This document shows, one piece after another, positions 26,964 to 29,769 of a DNA stretch of 29,769 nt. A model generated the notes under the pieces. It was not told the origin of the DNA and ran no database searches. It saw only the letters and a list, made by a program, of their open reading frames with translations. The stretch spans positions 1 to 29,769 of the forward strand of contig JBIKWF010000048.1 of assembly GCA_044356455.1 (NCBI GenBank), written 5' to 3'. How positions within the stretch are numbered: the stretch's first letter is position 1; every line of letters starts with the position of its first letter. Made by a program: the position numbers and the translations under genes. The DNA is from Bdellovibrionota bacterium (GTDB lineage: Bacteria > Bdellovibrionota_C > UBA2361 > JBGSMV01).

Positions 26964-27777
26964 CGTTCTTCTCCTTAGCCTCGGGCGTCACAACATGACT
27001 CACGGCGCCGACGGCAACTTCTGCAAATGTTCCTTGGTAGGTCGGATCGGGATTTACATCCTGATCGTGCTCTGCCAAAAGAGCTCGCACCTCTGCATGA
27101 AACTTGTGCCCCGCGCGGACGAGCTCCGCACGTAACGCAGTCAGATTTGTCGTGCGAATTCTGTCAAAATATGTGCGTGCATGCAGGTTCGGCACGGCTA
27201 GATTGCCCGTGAGATTTTCCTCCACTGCAGCCAACAACGAATCGACATCCCTTGTTGCAATGGAAAACCCTGCCTCAGCATCCTTCGCAGGAACATAAGA
27301 CTGCTTAAGTAGCCTTACGCCTCGAGTGGTTCTTTCAAGTGAGCCAGTTCTTTCGAGCTCGAAGAGAATAGTTGCCGGATTAAGATCTTTGCTCACGCTG
27401 CGCACCAGACTGCTGAACTGCGACTCTACGAAGCCATGGCTCAAGAGTCGTGGGAGTCCGTGCGCGGTAAGGTAATCTTCATTGGTTTGCCACATACCCA
27501 TCACTTTTGCGAGAAGATCCACTTCTTGACTGGGCTTTCCAGTATGGGATTGAAGCCGCGCAATTTCCCTGCGATGAAGGCCAGAAATAATGCTGAGGCG
27601 GCTCCCGGTAATCGCCTCTCCGTCTCGCTCGAGTTGCTCACTCGCTACCGAGAGCGCCGCCTGCCTGAGACATTCCGAGATGTCTTGAAGCTTTAAAGAA
27701 TGCCGAAGGCATAGGCGAACAATCGGCCGCAGCAGGCCACCGATAATTCTCAAGAGTACTTCGCGGCTGATTTTCAT
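26950..27777 (-). CDS. DUF6502-like protein
   Basis: LLRPIVRLCLRH, SRLSIISGLHRREI (HTH-like), W.T...Y...G.PR.L, F..LVRSVSKD..P..IL.EL.R.G; overlaps the downstream lipoprotein gene. Confidence 0.75.
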   Translation of the reverse strand: MKISREVLLRIIGGLLRPIVRLCLRHSLKLQDISECLRQAALSVASEQLERDGEAITGSRLSIISGLHRREIARLQSHTGKPSQEVDLLAKVMGMWQTNEDYLTAHGLPRLLSHGFVESQFSSLVRSVSKDLNPATILFELERTGSLERTTRGVRLLKQSYVPAKDAEAGFSIATRDVDSLLAAVEENLTGNLAVPNLHARTYFDRIRTTNLTALRAELVRAGHKFHAEVRALLAEHDQDVNPDPTYQGTFAEVAVGAVSHVVTPEAKEKNDEVV

Positions 27778-27957
27778 ACGCGTTGTTTCGGCAGTTTAGC
27801 ACATAAATGATATCATAAATGGCAGTAAAATCACCCCCGCCACCCTTATGACTCATAACTTATTGAAAATAAGCTTTTAAAATAGTGAGCAGCGGTTGAT
27901 TAGCCCACAGGACAAAGTAGAGTGGTATGTGTAATATGCACACATTGGAGGTTCGTT

Positions 27958-28488
27958 ATGAAAAGCGTATTAATGGTCGTTGGGATTATGAAGGTAGCCT
28001 TAGTGTTAGGAGCGGTTTTGGTTTTGATAGGAGGCCCGATTGCAGCAACTGCAGAGAGCCGGGATCCTATCGTTGGCATTCCGGCCAGAATGTCCCTCCG
28101 GGCTCTGGGTGAATGCAAAGGTTTATTCGAAAGTATTACTTTCTCCTCAATGGTTGCGGACGAGAGAGGCCTACTTTTGCTGCTTCAAGTGGGGAAGTTG
28201 CCAAAGGAGGTTGCCTGCAAGTTCAGGGTTGCAATCCCAATCTCGAGAATGCCGCCCCCTTTTCGCGTGACTCGTAAAGCGAGGTTTTACAGAGAGGATG
28301 ATAGCAAGGTTGGGATCCAAGCCGAGGACGCTTCCAATCGTGCTGAATATGTTGACGTAGTGCTGCGCGGGGAAAAAGTGCTCACCGGCACCGCTCGATT
28401 CGTTCTAAAGGCCGAAAGTGAAAATATAATTTTAGTCAAGATACTCCCATCGAGCAAACTTCCCGGCAGAAACCCAGGAATTCAATAG
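27958..28488 (+). CDS. Hypothetical exported protein
   Basis: GGAGG RBS before ATG 27958; hydrophobic signal ending ATA; beta-rich remainder. Confidence 0.6.
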   Translation: MKSVLMVVGIMKVALVLGAVLVLIGGPIAATAESRDPIVGIPARMSLRALGECKGLFESITFSSMVADERGLLLLLQVGKLPKEVACKFRVAIPISRMPPPFRVTRKARFYREDDSKVGIQAEDASNRAEYVDVVLRGEKVLTGTARFVLKAESENIILVKILPSSKLPGRNPGIQ

Positions 28489-28557
28489 TTGAAAGACGAA
28501 TTATTTTCGGTCTTGCCAATTCACTTGAACCGGCATCGAACTCGCCCCTAATTGTGC

Positions 28558-28589
28558 TATCTCACGGCCCCTTAGGGGGCCGTGAGATA
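28558..28589. terminator. GC-rich hairpin between convergent genes
   Basis: TATCTCACGGCCCC-TTAG-GGGGCCGTGAGATA, perfect 14-bp stem; no clear U-tract. Confidence 0.6.
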
Positions 28590-28761
28590 ACGAGGGGGTG
28601 GGTTGCTGCCGGTTCTCTATTGGCGTGGAAAGCTCTTTGGCACACCCACTCTTTCGAATTGCCGGAATGGAATTATCGGCATTTTATTGGTGATTCCAGG
28701 TTTTTGCGGCATAGAAAAATCCCTGGAGCTCGCTAAGGTTGGGTGTCCCAGGATGCTTCTC

Positions 28762-29061
28762 TCAATCGCCGGCCGGAAGTCCAGCCCGCTGCCTGCGACA
28801 CATAAGGAGAGCGTCCTGACAGCCCTGACTTCCCTGAGAGTGATTGCTCGCGGCACTCGAGAGGCACTCTTTTAGCTCGCTGTCGTCTAGCGCGCCCATC
28901 TTGTGAGCATCAGCGCAAGCGGCAAGCTCACGGTGGTATTGCAAGGTCACCTCCCACCCGCAGTTGTCAAAGTTGTCGGAACACTTGTCTGCGTATGCGC
29001 TGCTGGCAGTGAAAACACTGAGCCCCAAAACGGCACTAAGTAAAACGTTCGAAATTCTCAT
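28762..29061 (-). CDS. Small secreted Cys-rich protein (99 aa)
   Basis: AGGAGA RBS; signal peptide ending AYA; six Cys spaced C-x6-C-x14-C ... C-x14-C-x6-C. Confidence 0.75.
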   Translation of the reverse strand: MRISNVLLSAVLGLSVFTASSAYADKCSDNFDNCGWEVTLQYHRELAACADAHKMGALDDSELKECLSSAASNHSQGSQGCQDALLMCRRQRAGLPAGD

Positions 29062-29117
29062 ATAGATTTCTCCTAATTTTGATTTTTTTCTCGTAACTGG
29101 CGCCAAGATCTCAGGAA

Positions 29118-29420
29118 TCAAGGGGGAGGCGGAACTGTCCAGGGAGAACGCCAGGGTCTAGCTCTCGGAGAGTGTTCAACTTTGCATAGTCGAACCGCCT
29201 CCCTGAATGCGCGCTCTGCCGCTTCGGCGCAGGCCCCCGCATCAGCGTTCGCAGCACACGCAGCTTGATCGGCTACGTATCGCGCATGGGCGGCCGCAAT
29301 ACATGAGGCGAGGCTGGCTTGGCCTGCTGCGGTTGCAGTGCTCGGAAGCACTAGAGAAGCAGCAACGGTGCAAGCCAAGCTGCACTGCGCTGCGATAACC
29401 TTACAATTTTTGAGTAGCAT
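29118..29420 (-). CDS. Small secreted Cys/Ala-rich protein (100 aa)
   Basis: GGAGG RBS; signal-like N-terminus ending ATA; mature part C-x14-C-x8-C-x14-C and a Pro-rich tail. Confidence 0.7.
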   Translation of the reverse strand: MLLKNCKVIAAQCSLACTVAASLVLPSTATAAGQASLASCIAAAHARYVADQAACAANADAGACAEAAERAFREAVRLCKVEHSPRARPWRSPWTVPPPP

Positions 29421-29640
29421 ACAACCTCCACATTGGTTTCTTGGAATATAGTCGTGTTGGTTTGTAGCTTTGCTTCTAAAAAACGCAAAAATTTTGCGGC
29501 ACAATCATATCAACCAGTTAGAAGGCTGTACTCAACTCATGGTCGAATGACTCTCTTCCTGCGCCGAATTTCGGTTCGAAAAGTTCTTTTTGGGCTTAGC
29601 GGAGAATATCTAATGCTTGCTCCGATTCGGATTTTGTTGC

Positions 29641-29677
29641 GCGCTAGGAGTCTGTCCCGTAGGACGGGCCAGACTCC
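29641..29677. repeat. Collapsed mini-copy of the MITE-like element
   Basis: 29641-29664 is the exact reverse complement of 26033-26056; GGAGTCTG...CAGACTCC closes a hairpin. Confidence 0.75.
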
Positions 29678-29769
29678 ATAGAATCCTGCGTTCCCTATCG
29701 GTCACGCGATGATGAGGAAGAAGTATTTTCGTCTCTGAGCTGAAGTGGTAGCGAAAGGGAATGCCGACA

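Noticed and set aside
413..29681. The many short track ORFs nested in or antisense to the long genes
   Set aside because: They are shadow frames of well-supported CDSs, with no RBS or family motifs.

Overview
Bacterial genomic window with about 24 protein-coding genes and no rRNA, tRNA, CRISPR array or transposase that I can see. The main finding is a probable undescribed RiPP (ribosomally synthesised, post-translationally modified peptide) cluster at about 1.7-9.3 kb. A 59-aa ORF missing from the ORF track (9112-9291, minus strand, good RBS) ends in AARAWSWQRK-stop, a W-x-W-x-R core resembling darobactin-type peptides. It is followed by a GNRA-loop hairpin, a radical SAM/SPASM enzyme with an RRE-like N-terminus and a DUF1826-like putative oxygenase. 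These converge on a coupled operon encoding a GNAT-like hypothetical protein, a UPF0489/peptide-arginase-like enzyme and a divergent M32 carboxypeptidase, and an ABC-F ATPase is transcribed divergently from that operon. The rest of the window holds a cNMP-binding protein, an NTF2-like protein, a Ser/Cys-rich secreted protein, an MMPL transporter, a degenerate Fic plus HAD pair, a DeaD helicase, PolX/PHP, a PfkB kinase, a DUF6502-lipoprotein pair and two small secreted proteins with symmetric Cys spacing. Non-coding structure includes four copies of a MITE-like element, a 16-bp palindromic tandem array and a duplicated gene 3' end. All family calls come from motifs read by eye; no database search was run.
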